NCBI GenBank assembly: GCA_963710605.1
Contig: CAVQBA010000006.1
Location: forward strand, 448,001-512,000
DNA from: an uncultured cyanobacterium
GTDB lineage: Bacteria; Cyanobacteriota; Cyanobacteriia; Cyanobacteriales; Cyanobacteriaceae
Length of the DNA: 64,000 nucleotides
Reading direction: 5' to 3'
Below the pieces are notes generated by a model. It saw nothing but the letters and a program-made list of their open reading frames with translations, made no database searches and had not been told where the DNA came from. Shown in pieces: positions 52,712-63,092 of this stretch. Position numbers and translations under genes: made by a program. The number at the start of each line of letters is the position of its first letter. Position 1 is the first letter of the stretch.

Positions 52712-54052
52712 TTAGCCATTTTTCCAAATTAAAAAGGTTTTAGTCAAATCTGTTATTATATCACTTTTTTTTTGCTTTTCTTGCTGCCATTTTTGTTGAA
52801 TATCTTTAACTATTTCATAAGTTATAGAATGAGTAAAATTTAATTTGAACAAATAATCTAATGGTTGATTATTTTTAATCATTGAGGTGATAACTGGTAA
52901 AATTTCGGGAATATCACCTAAACAATGAAAACCGACAATTTGTTGCGATCGATTTAAAATAATTTTGAGAAAATAACTATGATAACTATTATTAGTCATG
53001 AAGCTAGAAGAAGAGATTAAAGAAGAATGTAAACGAATAATTTTAATACCTTTACCATATAATAACCGAGCTTGTTTTTCGGTACAACCTAAATGATAAA
53101 TAGGTGGATTTGTGGGTAAGCAATATGGTATTTGACTATAGTCTGTATGTTGCCAAGGAATGAATAAAGCATTTTTAACCGCTATTTTACTTTCATACTC
53201 ACTGATATTGTCTAAACGATAACCACCTAAAGAATCACCACAGGCATAAATATTAGGGTTATCAGTTTGTAATTTAGAATTGACAATAATTTTGTGACGA
53301 TCGATTTTAATACCAAGATTATTTAATTGTAAACGATCGGGCTTTTTCTGCGTATCAGTTTCAGTAAAAATTACTTGCTCATATTGAGTATCAATATCAA
53401 TATGTTGATAATTTATTACACTAAAATGAAACTTAATTCCTTGAGCTTCTAAATATAGTTGTAATTGCCATGATATATCTTCATCTTCGTAAGGTAATAA
53501 GCAGTTATTTGTACTAAACAAACTAATATCTTTACCTAAATTAATTAAACGAATAGCTAAATAAATAGCGGTAATATCTTGACCGATAATTGCTATTTTT
53601 GTTGGTAAACTTGACCATTTATTTTCTAGAATAATTTGATCAAGAGTAACTGACTTCAAATGAGAGTGATAATTATCAAAAAGAATAACCTCTGGTGGAA
53701 TATTTAATAAATAATCAGAAGTAGTTATTATATCTCTACTAGTTTGGATAGCTAGTTTTTTATTGGGAATAAACTTAAACTGATCATTAATAATATCAAG
53801 CCCTAATTGTTGGCAATGAGAAATTAAATATTGATCCAAAATAAGCTGTTCTTCAGCTACAAACTCATCATAATTAAGAGAAGATTCATTTATTAGATAA
53901 TGGTTTTTATACTTATTAAGAAATAACGACTTATCATCTAAATAATTAAGATTAATTAAAGCCGTTCTTGCCTGAAACCGAAGAGCATATTCAGCGATTA
54001 ATAAACTTTGGGCTAAATTACCAATAATAATCAGATCATATGCTACTTTCAT
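52712..54052 (-). CDS. Divergent pyridine nucleotide-disulfide oxidoreductase-family protein
   Basis: YDLIIIG, LLPYED, VNSKLQTDNPNIYACGD; GxGxxG motifs and redox Cys pair not seen. Confidence 0.7.
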   Translation of the reverse strand: MKVAYDLIIIGNLAQSLLIAEYALRFQARTALINLNYLDDKSLFLNKYKNHYLINESSLNYDEFVAEEQLILDQYLISHCQQLGLDIINDQFKFIPNKKLAIQTSRDIITTSDYLLNIPPEVILFDNYHSHLKSVTLDQIILENKWSSLPTKIAIIGQDITAIYLAIRLINLGKDISLFSTNNCLLPYEDEDISWQLQLYLEAQGIKFHFSVINYQHIDIDTQYEQVIFTETDTQKKPDRLQLNNLGIKIDRHKIIVNSKLQTDNPNIYACGDSLGGYRLDNISEYESKIAVKNALFIPWQHTDYSQIPYCLPTNPPIYHLGCTEKQARLLYGKGIKIIRLHSSLISSSSFMTNNSYHSYFLKIILNRSQQIVGFHCLGDIPEILPVITSMIKNNQPLDYLFKLNFTHSITYEIVKDIQQKWQQEKQKKSDIITDLTKTFLIWKNG

Positions 54053-54207
54053 AAATGAGTAACGAGTAATGAGTAATGAGTAAGGAGTAAGAAGTAAAAA
54101 GTGTTCATTGTTGATTATTCATTGTTAATTGTAAAGATTGCTTTTTAGTGAGTGGATGTTTCATAATTAATTTAAGGATACATGAATCAACAAAACAAGA
54201 CGATAAA

Positions 54208-55203
54208 ATGGTAACAGACATCGAATCTCAACTACAAACTTTAAGCGAATCAGCCCAAAATGCGATCGCCGAGGTAGATAGTTTATCTTCATTAGAAGAA
54301 TTAAGAATTAAATATCTCGGTAAAAAAGGAGAATTATCCCTAATTTTAAAGGGAATGGGTAAATTATCAGCCCAAGAGCGTCCAAAAATTGGTGCGATCG
54401 CTAACGAGATAAAAACCAAGATTCAAGATCGTCTCACTAATCAACATCAAGAATTAGAAAAAGCTCAGATTAAGGCTAAAATAGCCTCAGAAACGATCGA
54501 TGTCACCATGCCGGGGGTGAGTAGTCCTTTAGGTAAAATTCACCCGTTACAAAGCACGATCGATCGAGTTATTGATATATTTGTTGGTTTAGGATACACA
54601 GTAGCAGAAGGACCGCAAATAGAGAGTGACTATTACAACTTTACCGCACTCAATACCCCGCCTGATCATCCGGCTCGTGATATGCAAGATACCTTTTATT
54701 TTGATGATGGTAATCTATTACGAACTCATACTTCTTCTGTACAAATTCGCTACATGGAAAACCACGAGCCACCAATTAGAGTGATTGCCCCTGGGCGTGT
54801 TTATCGTCGTGACACTGTTGATGCGACTCATTCGGCTGTTTTTCACCAAATTGAAATATTAGCGATCGACAAAGGTTTAACCTTTGGTGATTTGAAAGGT
54901 ACAATTAAAGAATTTCTCAAACAAATGTTTGGTGATGACTTACCCACTGTCTTTCGTGCCAGTTATTTCCCTTTTACCGAACCATCAGCAGAAGTTGACG
55001 TACAATGGCAAGGTAAATGGCTAGAAGTTCTCGGTTGTGGTATGGTCGATCCTAATGTATTAAAAGCCGTTGGTTATGATCCAGAAGTCTATACAGGTTT
55101 TGCCGCAGGATTAGGTGTAGAACGTTTTGCCATGATTCAACACAAAATTGATGATATTCGTCGTCTTTACAATAGTGATCAACGTTTCCTCAAACAATTT
55201 TAA
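54208..55203 (+). CDS. pheS: Phenylalanyl-tRNA synthetase alpha subunit
   Basis: [28 protein letters not shown]. Confidence 0.98.
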   Translation: MVTDIESQLQTLSESAQNAIAEVDSLSSLEELRIKYLGKKGELSLILKGMGKLSAQERPKIGAIANEIKTKIQDRLTNQHQELEKAQIKAKIASETIDVTMPGVSSPLGKIHPLQSTIDRVIDIFVGLGYTVAEGPQIESDYYNFTALNTPPDHPARDMQDTFYFDDGNLLRTHTSSVQIRYMENHEPPIRVIAPGRVYRRDTVDATHSAVFHQIEILAIDKGLTFGDLKGTIKEFLKQMFGDDLPTVFRASYFPFTEPSAEVDVQWQGKWLEVLGCGMVDPNVLKAVGYDPEVYTGFAAGLGVERFAMIQHKIDDIRRLYNSDQRFLKQF

Positions 55204-55425
55204 TGTGAGTAAGAAGTAATAGGTAATAAATAGCGAATTTATCACCTAAGTACTAAGACAAAATGAATTGTGTATTTTGATTCTGCTTTTATTTTAAATC
55301 AATTAAATATTTACGTGAGGAAAGGGTACAATCCCAATCCCCCTAAAATTAAATGTACAAACAACTTTTTTGGACAAGTACTTATTAACTCTTAACTCTT
55401 AACTCTTAACTCTTAACTATTTATT

Positions 55426-56355
55426 GTGTTTTTTAGTATTGTAATTCCTACATATAACCGTTTACCAATTTTGCAAAAATGTCTTTCTGCTTTAGAAAAA
55501 CAGCAACGGCAAGATGATTTAATCACCGATTACGAAATAATTGTGGTTGATGATGGATCTACCGATGAAACATTGTCTTGGTTAGATACAAATCAAGCAA
55601 ATCTACCTCATGTCAAACTGTTTTGTCAAAATCATCGTGGAGCGGCGATCGCTCGTAATTTTGGGGTAGAAAAAGCTCAGGGAGATTGGATTATTTTTAT
55701 TGATAGTGATTTAGTCGTTACCGAAAATTTTTTACAAGCCCATGCCCAAGCATTAGATTTAGCTCAAAAACAACAAAGAGACGATCGTGTTTTTACTTAT
55801 GGTGCAGTAATTAATACTTGTAACTTTGATCATCCTACCTCCGAACCATACAAAATTACTGACTTTTCCGCCGCCTATTTTGCCACAGGTAATGTAGCGA
55901 TCGAGAAAAAATGGCTCGTAGAAGCAGGATTATTTGATCCCATGTTTAGTCAATACGGCTGGGAAGATTTAGAATTAGGAGTCAGACTAAAAAAATTAGG
56001 ATTAAAACTAGTTAAATGCCCTCAAGCAGTTGGTTATCATTGGCATCCGCCATTTGAGCTAGAACAAATACCTCAACTGATAGAAAAAGAAATCGAAAGG
56101 GGAAAAATGGGAGTGTTATTTTATCAAAAACATCCTACTTATGAAGTCAAAATGATGATCCAAATGACCAAACTACATCAAATTTTATGGGGCGTTTTGT
56201 CATTAGGAGGTAAACTTAACGAAAATACTCTTAAGCCATTATTACAATGGTTGATTAATCAAGGTAAACCACAACTAGCCTTAGAAATAGCTCGAATATT
56301 TTTAAATTGGTATAACGTGCAGGGAGTATATTCTGCTTACAATCAAATTAAATAA
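55426..56355 (+). CDS. Glycosyltransferase family 2
   Basis: SIVIPTYN, VDDGSTD, FIDSD, GWEDLELG. Confidence 0.92.
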   Translation: MFFSIVIPTYNRLPILQKCLSALEKQQRQDDLITDYEIIVVDDGSTDETLSWLDTNQANLPHVKLFCQNHRGAAIARNFGVEKAQGDWIIFIDSDLVVTENFLQAHAQALDLAQKQQRDDRVFTYGAVINTCNFDHPTSEPYKITDFSAAYFATGNVAIEKKWLVEAGLFDPMFSQYGWEDLELGVRLKKLGLKLVKCPQAVGYHWHPPFELEQIPQLIEKEIERGKMGVLFYQKHPTYEVKMMIQMTKLHQILWGVLSLGGKLNENTLKPLLQWLINQGKPQLALEIARIFLNWYNVQGVYSAYNQIK

Positions 56356-56471
56356 CAAAATAATTTTATAAAAAAAATAACTATCTATAAAATTTGTCCA
56401 TATAATACTGTTAGACCAAAAATATAAAAACAAACATAAAATAAAAATTTATCAAGATTGAAGGGGGAAAA

Positions 56472-58604
56472 ATGACTGAAGTTTTAATTTTTTTAGCAGG
56501 TTTAGTAATTGGGGCGGGGATTTTATTTTTTCTCAATAAGGACAAAGTATCTTCTTCGGTTTTAGATAAAGAAAAACAAAAAGTATTAACTCAACAAGAG
56601 ACAGAATTTGAGAATAGAAAACAACAATTAATCTCATCATTAGAACAAGAATATCAAATTCGTGAAAATAAAAAATTAGCAAGTGCCGAAAAAAGTTACC
56701 AAAATAAAATTAGTGAGCTAGAAGCTAATCTCGTTTATTTACAATCAGGTAGTAACGATGTAACACAACTACAAAATCGCATCACTGAATTAGAAACTAA
56801 TAATACACAGCTAGAACAACAACTACAAAATCGCATCACTGAATTAGAAATCACTAACTCAGAATTAGAACAACAATTACACAATCGTATTGCCGAAACC
56901 CAAACTAACAGTCTAGAAATAGAACAACAATTACAAAATCGAATTAGCGAACTAGAAACGACCAACTTAGAAATAGAACAACAATTACAAAGTAAAGTTG
57001 CTCAATCAGAAGTTGAAGAAAATCAGCTAAATGAACTTAATCAGACAATAGCTAATTTAGAACAACAACTAGCTCAAACTCAAGAAAATAATCAATTACA
57101 GATAGAAGATTATCAATCACAAATTAATAATTTACGTGAGACGATAGCCTCTAACAATGAAGTTGAAGATACCGCTCAAGTAATGCTTGGTACAGCAGTT
57201 GGTTTAGCCGCCGCTAGTGAAGTAATTAATGCAGTTACTGAAGAATTAGAAAATATCGCATCTACTGAAGAAGTTGAAGTTGAAGAATTAGAAGACATCA
57301 CACCTGAGAATGATCAAACCGATCAAGCGATCGAAGATATTGCTTATCAAAGTACCGAAGATTTTATTCCCGAAGAGGAAATAGAAGACGATAATTCTCC
57401 TAGTGTAGAAATGAGTCTTGGTAATAATGATGTCTTTGAAGAAGAAATTGAAGCTGAAGAATTAGTCGATTTTGAACCGGCAGTTGAGGTATATGACGAT
57501 CAAACTCCAGAAATTTTATCCTTAGATGAAATTAGTAATGAAGCAATACAACAAATAGATGATATCGAATCGATACCCGAACTTTCTAATAATGTAGAAG
57601 GTGTTATTAAATTAGACGAAATTAGTGATCAACAAATAGATGATTTTAATGAGTTTGAACTTAATCAAGATGTCAATGATGATGTAGAATCTTTTGAGCC
57701 ATTCTTGGAGTTAAATGAAGACGATAATCTAGTTGATGAAAATGACAATGAGGAATTTAATTTTGCTACTGATGAAGTAGAAGAGTTAAGCGAATCAGCT
57801 TTTGATTTTGCTTCAGAATCAGATAACGAAGAAATTCAAACTTCTCTTGGATTAAACGAGCTTACCCCAGAGCAAACAACTGATTTTGGTATAGTTAGTG
57901 ATGAAAATATTGATTTAAACAATGATGAAGAGGCACTGTTTGATTTTGATTCAGAAATTGAACAAGAAAATATTGACACTAATTTAGAGCTACCAGATAT
58001 TATCGGTGAAGAAAGTAATGATTCTTCTCAAGTAACTGATTTTAGTGATGATGAAGATGCACTGTTTGATTTTGATTCAGAAATTGAACAAGAAAATATT
58101 GACACTAATTTAGAGTTACCAGATATTATCGGTGAAGAAAGTAATGATTCTTCTTTTGATTTGACGGGAGAAGTTGAAAGTTTAGATGATAACGATTTAA
58201 ATTTATCTTTGAATGATGAAGAGTTAAATTTTGATGAAATTGATGATTCTCCTGCGATAATTGAATCGGACAATTTATTTGGTGAAGATTTAGAGTTAAC
58301 TGATAACAATCAAGATTTGAGCCAAGTGGGTAGTTTAAATGATGATATTTTTGGTGAGGATTTAGAGTTAACTGATAATAATCAAGATTTGAACCAAATT
58401 GATGATACTTCCTCCGATAATGAGTTAAATTTTGATATTTTCAGCGATTCTGCTAGTGCAGAAGCCCAACCTGATTTAGATTTGTCATCTACTAACGATA
58501 ATGAAGATGATTTTGATTTTGATTTTGATTTCGGAGATGATGATTCTGATGAAGAAGTCGATTTAGATGCTTTATTAAATGATGATGATAATGACTTGAA
58601 ATAG
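56472..58604 (+). CDS. Membrane-anchored coiled-coil protein with long acidic repetitive C-terminus
   Basis: N-terminal TM, 18-aa LEQQLQNRITELE repeats, duplicated ALFDFDSEIEQENIDTNLELPDIIGEESNDSS. Confidence 0.8.
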   Translation: MTEVLIFLAGLVIGAGILFFLNKDKVSSSVLDKEKQKVLTQQETEFENRKQQLISSLEQEYQIRENKKLASAEKSYQNKISELEANLVYLQSGSNDVTQLQNRITELETNNTQLEQQLQNRITELEITNSELEQQLHNRIAETQTNSLEIEQQLQNRISELETTNLEIEQQLQSKVAQSEVEENQLNELNQTIANLEQQLAQTQENNQLQIEDYQSQINNLRETIASNNEVEDTAQVMLGTAVGLAAASEVINAVTEELENIASTEEVEVEELEDITPENDQTDQAIEDIAYQSTEDFIPEEEIEDDNSPSVEMSLGNNDVFEEEIEAEELVDFEPAVEVYDDQTPEILSLDEISNEAIQQIDDIESIPELSNNVEGVIKLDEISDQQIDDFNEFELNQDVNDDVESFEPFLELNEDDNLVDENDNEEFNFATDEVEELSESAFDFASESDNEEIQTSLGLNELTPEQTTDFGIVSDENIDLNNDEEALFDFDSEIEQENIDTNLELPDIIGEESNDSSQVTDFSDDEDALFDFDSEIEQENIDTNLELPDIIGEESNDSSFDLTGEVESLDDNDLNLSLNDEELNFDEIDDSPAIIESDNLFGEDLELTDNNQDLSQVGSLNDDIFGEDLELTDNNQDLNQIDDTSSDNELNFDIFSDSASAEAQPDLDLSSTNDNEDDFDFDFDFGDDDSDEEVDLDALLNDDDNDLK

Positions 58605-58741
58605 TCAGTCATCTTTATTTGATGGGAATAATTTACTCGGTAAATTGTCAATCGAACTAAGGAAAATATGGGTAAGGTGAAGAATTTTAATTGCCCATAA
58701 TTTTTTTGTAAATTTAAATTTTTTACTCTTCCTTATTCGGG

Positions 58742-58950
58742 CAGGGCTGTTTCATTCTCAAAAAGAAGAAAATAGCTATCTGCTCACAATAAATAGCTAG
58801 AAGCAAAAAATGAATAGCTAGAAGCTATTACTACATACTCGATCGAGTGATTTAGTCACATTGTCTTTTAACTATTAGAAAAAAACGGCTAAATTTACTG
58901 GTATTTCTGGCGTTGTAGAAATCACAAAAATAAGACATGAAACAGCCCTG
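58742..58950. mobile_element. 209-bp MITE with 14-bp TIR CAGGGCTGTTTCAT
   Basis: Perfect TIRs; flanks ccttattcggg / ctttattcggg form a near-perfect target duplication. Confidence 0.8.
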
Positions 58951-59049
58951 CTTTATTCGGGGGGATGACTACATCTAAATAATCGATTAGTTTTTGGATT
59001 TATTCTTAATCGTTAGTTACGCTTTTTTTTTAAAATCGTAAAATAGTCA

Positions 59050-59496
59050 TCAATAATCTTTTTTCTTAGGAATGATTATTTTTTTGATCATTAGACAATT
59101 GCGATCGTCTTTCATGCAATCGTATCTTAATTCATCAGCAATAGCATACATCAATAAAATACCTTTGCCACCGACTACTAATGTTTCTTCTTCCTCTTTC
59201 TTTTGTTCTAGCAAAATTTGTTCTAATAAATTCCATGGTTTACCATAATCCCAAATTTTAATGACAATTTGCTCAAAATTAATTTTAATATCGATATCAA
59301 TTAAGGTTTCGGAAGGATGACAACAATGAGCATGACGTACCGTATTAGTAAAACCTTCAGCTAAAGCAAGTTGACATTTTAACCAGTCTTTATTGGCTAT
59401 CCAAGGTTGTTTGATTGTCTCAAATTTAGACAATACATATGGTAAGTTAATTAAATCACTTTTAACTTGAAATAAAATTTGATAAACAGGTTTCAA
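59050..59496 (-). CDS. Anti-sigma factor kinase (RsbW-like HATPase)
   Basis: LAEGFTNTVRHAH, IWDYG, GGKGI. Confidence 0.85.
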   Translation of the reverse strand: MKPVYQILFQVKSDLINLPYVLSKFETIKQPWIANKDWLKCQLALAEGFTNTVRHAHCCHPSETLIDIDIKINFEQIVIKIWDYGKPWNLLEQILLEQKKEEEETLVVGGKGILLMYAIADELRYDCMKDDRNCLMIKKIIIPKKKDY

Positions 59497-59598
59497 GGTT
59501 GATTTTATCCTCTTTCGTGTAGTGGTGCTACAGTAGGGAATTGGATTGACATCCCCATGATATATTCGTTATTTTAACTCGTATTTTTTTTTATAACT

Positions 59599-60501
59599 AT
59601 GGATTTAGAGACTACAACTAAGTATTATCAATGGCAAAAATATAAATGTGCTTATACTAGCTACAATACAGATTTAGATAGTGAATATGCGATCGTTTTA
59701 ATTCATCCCGTCGGCGTGGGTTTATCAGGTATATTTTGGCATCGTTTCCTTAAAGCACAATCAGCTACTTCTTCATTACAAATGCCAATTTACAATCCTG
59801 ATTTATTAGGTTGTGGTGAAAGTGACTTAGTACGTATAGCCTATGATCCTAAAGATTGGGCAAGTCAATTAAATTATTTTATCAAAACGATCGTTAAAAA
59901 ACCTGTTATTTTAATCGTACAAGGGGCATCATTTCCGATCGCTATTTATATGGCTAGTGGAGAAGACAAGTCAGAGCAAATTAAAGGAATGATTTTATCA
60001 GGACCTCCTGCATGGAATATCATGATTAATGGCGGTAACTTAAGAATTAGTGAAATTGTCTGGAATGTCTTTTTTGACAATATCTTCGGTTCATTATTTT
60101 ATAAGTATGCTCGCCGTCGAGAATTTATTAAATCTTTTTCAATTAAACAACTTTTTGCTAACCCCGAAGACGTTGATGATGAATGGTTAGATATGCTAAG
60201 CGAAGCCGCAGTTGAGCCGAAAAATCGTTATGCCGTATTTTCTTTTTTAGCAGGTTTTTGGCGGAAAAATTACATCAAATTAATGAAAAAATTAGACCAA
60301 AAAATTCTTGTTTTAATGGGAGACAAAGCCACTAGCGTCAGTAAAGAAGGTTTTAAAGAAACACCTGAGCAAAGAATCGAATTGTATCAAAAAAATATAC
60401 CTAATGTAACAGGTGAAATCATCTCAGGTAGAAACGTATTACCCTACGAATCAACCGAGGAATTTTCAGCAAAAGTAGTTGATTTTTGTCAAGACTTTTA
60501 G
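59599..60501 (+). CDS. Alpha/beta hydrolase fold protein
   Basis: LIHPVGVG, PDLLGCGESD, GRNVLPYE. Confidence 0.8.
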   Translation: MDLETTTKYYQWQKYKCAYTSYNTDLDSEYAIVLIHPVGVGLSGIFWHRFLKAQSATSSLQMPIYNPDLLGCGESDLVRIAYDPKDWASQLNYFIKTIVKKPVILIVQGASFPIAIYMASGEDKSEQIKGMILSGPPAWNIMINGGNLRISEIVWNVFFDNIFGSLFYKYARRREFIKSFSIKQLFANPEDVDDEWLDMLSEAAVEPKNRYAVFSFLAGFWRKNYIKLMKKLDQKILVLMGDKATSVSKEGFKETPEQRIELYQKNIPNVTGEIISGRNVLPYESTEEFSAKVVDFCQDF

Positions 60502-60716
60502 TTAATAATAAATAAGAACAATCCCCCTCAATCCCCCTCAATCCCCCTCAATCCCCCTTCGTAAGGGGGACTTAATGATAATAACTGTTATCAGTTTTAT
60601 TTAAATTGGTATAAAAATGAACGATCGTTAATTATCAAAAACAAGCTCTCAAACTAAATAATTCAACTAACCAAAAGATTTAATAAAGAACATTATTAAT
60701 TATTAATTAGAAAACC

Positions 60717-61982
60717 ATGGATAAAATACAAGCTGTTAAAGGCACAAAAGATATTCTCCCGGAAGAGATAGTTTATTGGCAATATTTAGAAAAAACAGCC
60801 GAGCAAATTTTAAACAAAGCCTGTTACCAAGAAATTAGAACGCCAATATTTGAATATACACCTTTATTTGAAAGGGGAATTGGTGAAGCAACCGATGTAG
60901 TTGGTAAGGAAATGTATAGTTTTACCAGCAAAGGACAAAAAAGTAAAAGTATAACATTACGCCCAGAAGGTACAGCCGGTGTTGCTAGAGCTTATCTTGA
61001 AAATAAACTGTTCGCTAGTGGCGGTGTGCAAAAACTATGGTACTCAGGGGCTATGTTTCGTTATGAACGTCCAGGTGCAGGAAGACAAAGACAGTTTCAC
61101 CAGATAGGATTGGAATTATTAGGTAGTGATTCTCCTCGTGCTGATGTTGAAGTGATTGCGATCGCTACAGATATATTGAATAATTTGGGTTTAAAAAATT
61201 TGAGTTTACAGTTAAATTCAGTAGGAGATAAGATAAGTAGAGAAAAATATAGACAAGTATTAGTAGATTATCTAACCCCATACAAGGACGATTTAGATAC
61301 TGATTCAGTCGATAGGCTTACTCGTAACCCCCTGCGTATTTTAGATAGTAAAGACCCTAAAACACAAGAAATAACTGTTAATGCTCCTAGTATTATTGAT
61401 TATCTCAGTGATGAATCTCGTCAACACTTTGAACGTGTTTGTATTTTATTAACCGAATTAGGTATTAGCTATGAACTAAATCCTCGTTTAGTTAGAGGTT
61501 TAGACTATTACACTCACACAGCTTTTGAAATTCAATCGGCTGATTTAGGCTCTCAAGCTACGGTTTGCGGAGGTGGTAGGTATGATGGCTTAATCTCTCA
61601 ATTAGGAGGGGGAGAAACACCAGCTATTGGCTGGGCAATGGGTATGGAAAGATTAATCTTACTTTTACAAAATCTTCAACCACAACAAGCGGATGCACCT
61701 GATATTTATTTTGTTTCTCGTGGCGAAAAAGCGGAAAATAGAGCTTTAGTTGTTGCCCAAGAATTACGTAAAGCCAGTTACACTGTTGAATTGGATTTGA
61801 GCGGTAGTAAATTCACTAAGCAATTCAAAAGAGGTAATAGTAGTGGTGCTAAAATGTGTTTAATTTTGGGTGAAGAAGAAGAAAAAGCGAATATGATTCA
61901 ACTCAAAAATTTAGAAACAGGAGAGCAAGAAACTCTCGCTCAAGGTAATTTAATTACGTTCTTATCGTCTTTGAGTTCGTAA
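60717..61982 (+). CDS. hisS: Histidyl-tRNA synthetase
   Basis: LRPEGTA, FRYERP, RGLDYY, GGGRYD. Confidence 0.98.
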   Translation: MDKIQAVKGTKDILPEEIVYWQYLEKTAEQILNKACYQEIRTPIFEYTPLFERGIGEATDVVGKEMYSFTSKGQKSKSITLRPEGTAGVARAYLENKLFASGGVQKLWYSGAMFRYERPGAGRQRQFHQIGLELLGSDSPRADVEVIAIATDILNNLGLKNLSLQLNSVGDKISREKYRQVLVDYLTPYKDDLDTDSVDRLTRNPLRILDSKDPKTQEITVNAPSIIDYLSDESRQHFERVCILLTELGISYELNPRLVRGLDYYTHTAFEIQSADLGSQATVCGGGRYDGLISQLGGGETPAIGWAMGMERLILLLQNLQPQQADAPDIYFVSRGEKAENRALVVAQELRKASYTVELDLSGSKFTKQFKRGNSSGAKMCLILGEEEEKANMIQLKNLETGEQETLAQGNLITFLSSLSS

Positions 61983-62360
61983 TATAACCCCTCTAAATCT
62001 CCCGTTGGAAAGGGGAGACTTTAATTAATAAATGTGGTGAGCTTTTGAGCATATATGTAGGTTGGGTTGAGTCGTAAAACCATTAACATATATGAGATTA
62101 ATAAAATATCAACGAAACCCAACAACCAACGTAATTAAGACCAAACTCAAAAAACAAAAAGATAGACAAAGACGATTTTAAATTATCAATCTTTCTTCCT
62201 AAATCCACAGGGCGTTCAATCCCCCTAAATCCCCCTTCCGAAGTGGGACTTACCAATAAATAATAACTGTTGCACATTTTATTTGAATTGGTATAAGGTT
62301 ACATATTATTAAGCACTAGAGAGATGGCGATATATCAAATTAACACAGCAGAGAATAACT

Positions 62361-62816
62361 CTATTCATCAAAAGAGCATTCAACAGTGATTTTGAGGCTA
62401 CTATTTGCTGTTCCTTCTGTTACATAAGGAATACCAGCTTTACCACCGATACTGACACCAAACTCTAGAGTAACTGTTTTGATATTGGCATTGGCAACTT
62501 TTTTGAAGGCGTTGAGAGTATAGTCAGTATAAGCTCTAATTGTATTTTCAATCGCTTGAAAATTTTGACTCATAGCATGATTAGTAGTGGAAGTTTCTTG
62601 GCGATTACCTCCTAAAATATTGTCTAATAAACCTTTATCTTCTAATTGTGCTTCTTCGGGAGTTAGTATTCTTGGCTGTTCTTCTGCTTGCTTTTCTCGA
62701 TCGTCTTGAGGTATATTAACTTCTTCTATCGCATTTTGAGCTTCAATGTAAATAATTGTATTATTGTCTAACTTGACAGGAGTAAGACGAGTTTTATTTC
62801 TAGACATTTTATTCAA
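62361..62816 (-). CDS. CU044_2847/Trypco1-like protein
   Basis: IIYIEA N-terminus; VTLEFGVSIGGKAGIPYVTEGTANSSLKITVEC C-terminus. Confidence 0.7.
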   Translation of the reverse strand: MNKMSRNKTRLTPVKLDNNTIIYIEAQNAIEEVNIPQDDREKQAEEQPRILTPEEAQLEDKGLLDNILGGNRQETSTTNHAMSQNFQAIENTIRAYTDYTLNAFKKVANANIKTVTLEFGVSIGGKAGIPYVTEGTANSSLKITVECSFDE

Positions 62817-63092
62817 GAGACAATCGTTAATAATTTAAGTAAATCATAACCCAAAAATCTAAAGAAATATACAGCAAGTAACTGATACGTCTGGACATTT
62901 TAATCAAGTTTCCCCCTTATGTAAGGGGGATTAAGGGGGATTGAATCTTTTGGTGTTTTGAATTTGGTCTTAATTACGTTGGTTATCAATTAAAGTCTCC
63001 CCGTACCAAGGGGAGCAACACGAGGGGTTGTACATAGATAAAAATTAGAGCTAAAATAAACAAAATGTCAGCTAATCTCATAGATACATTTA

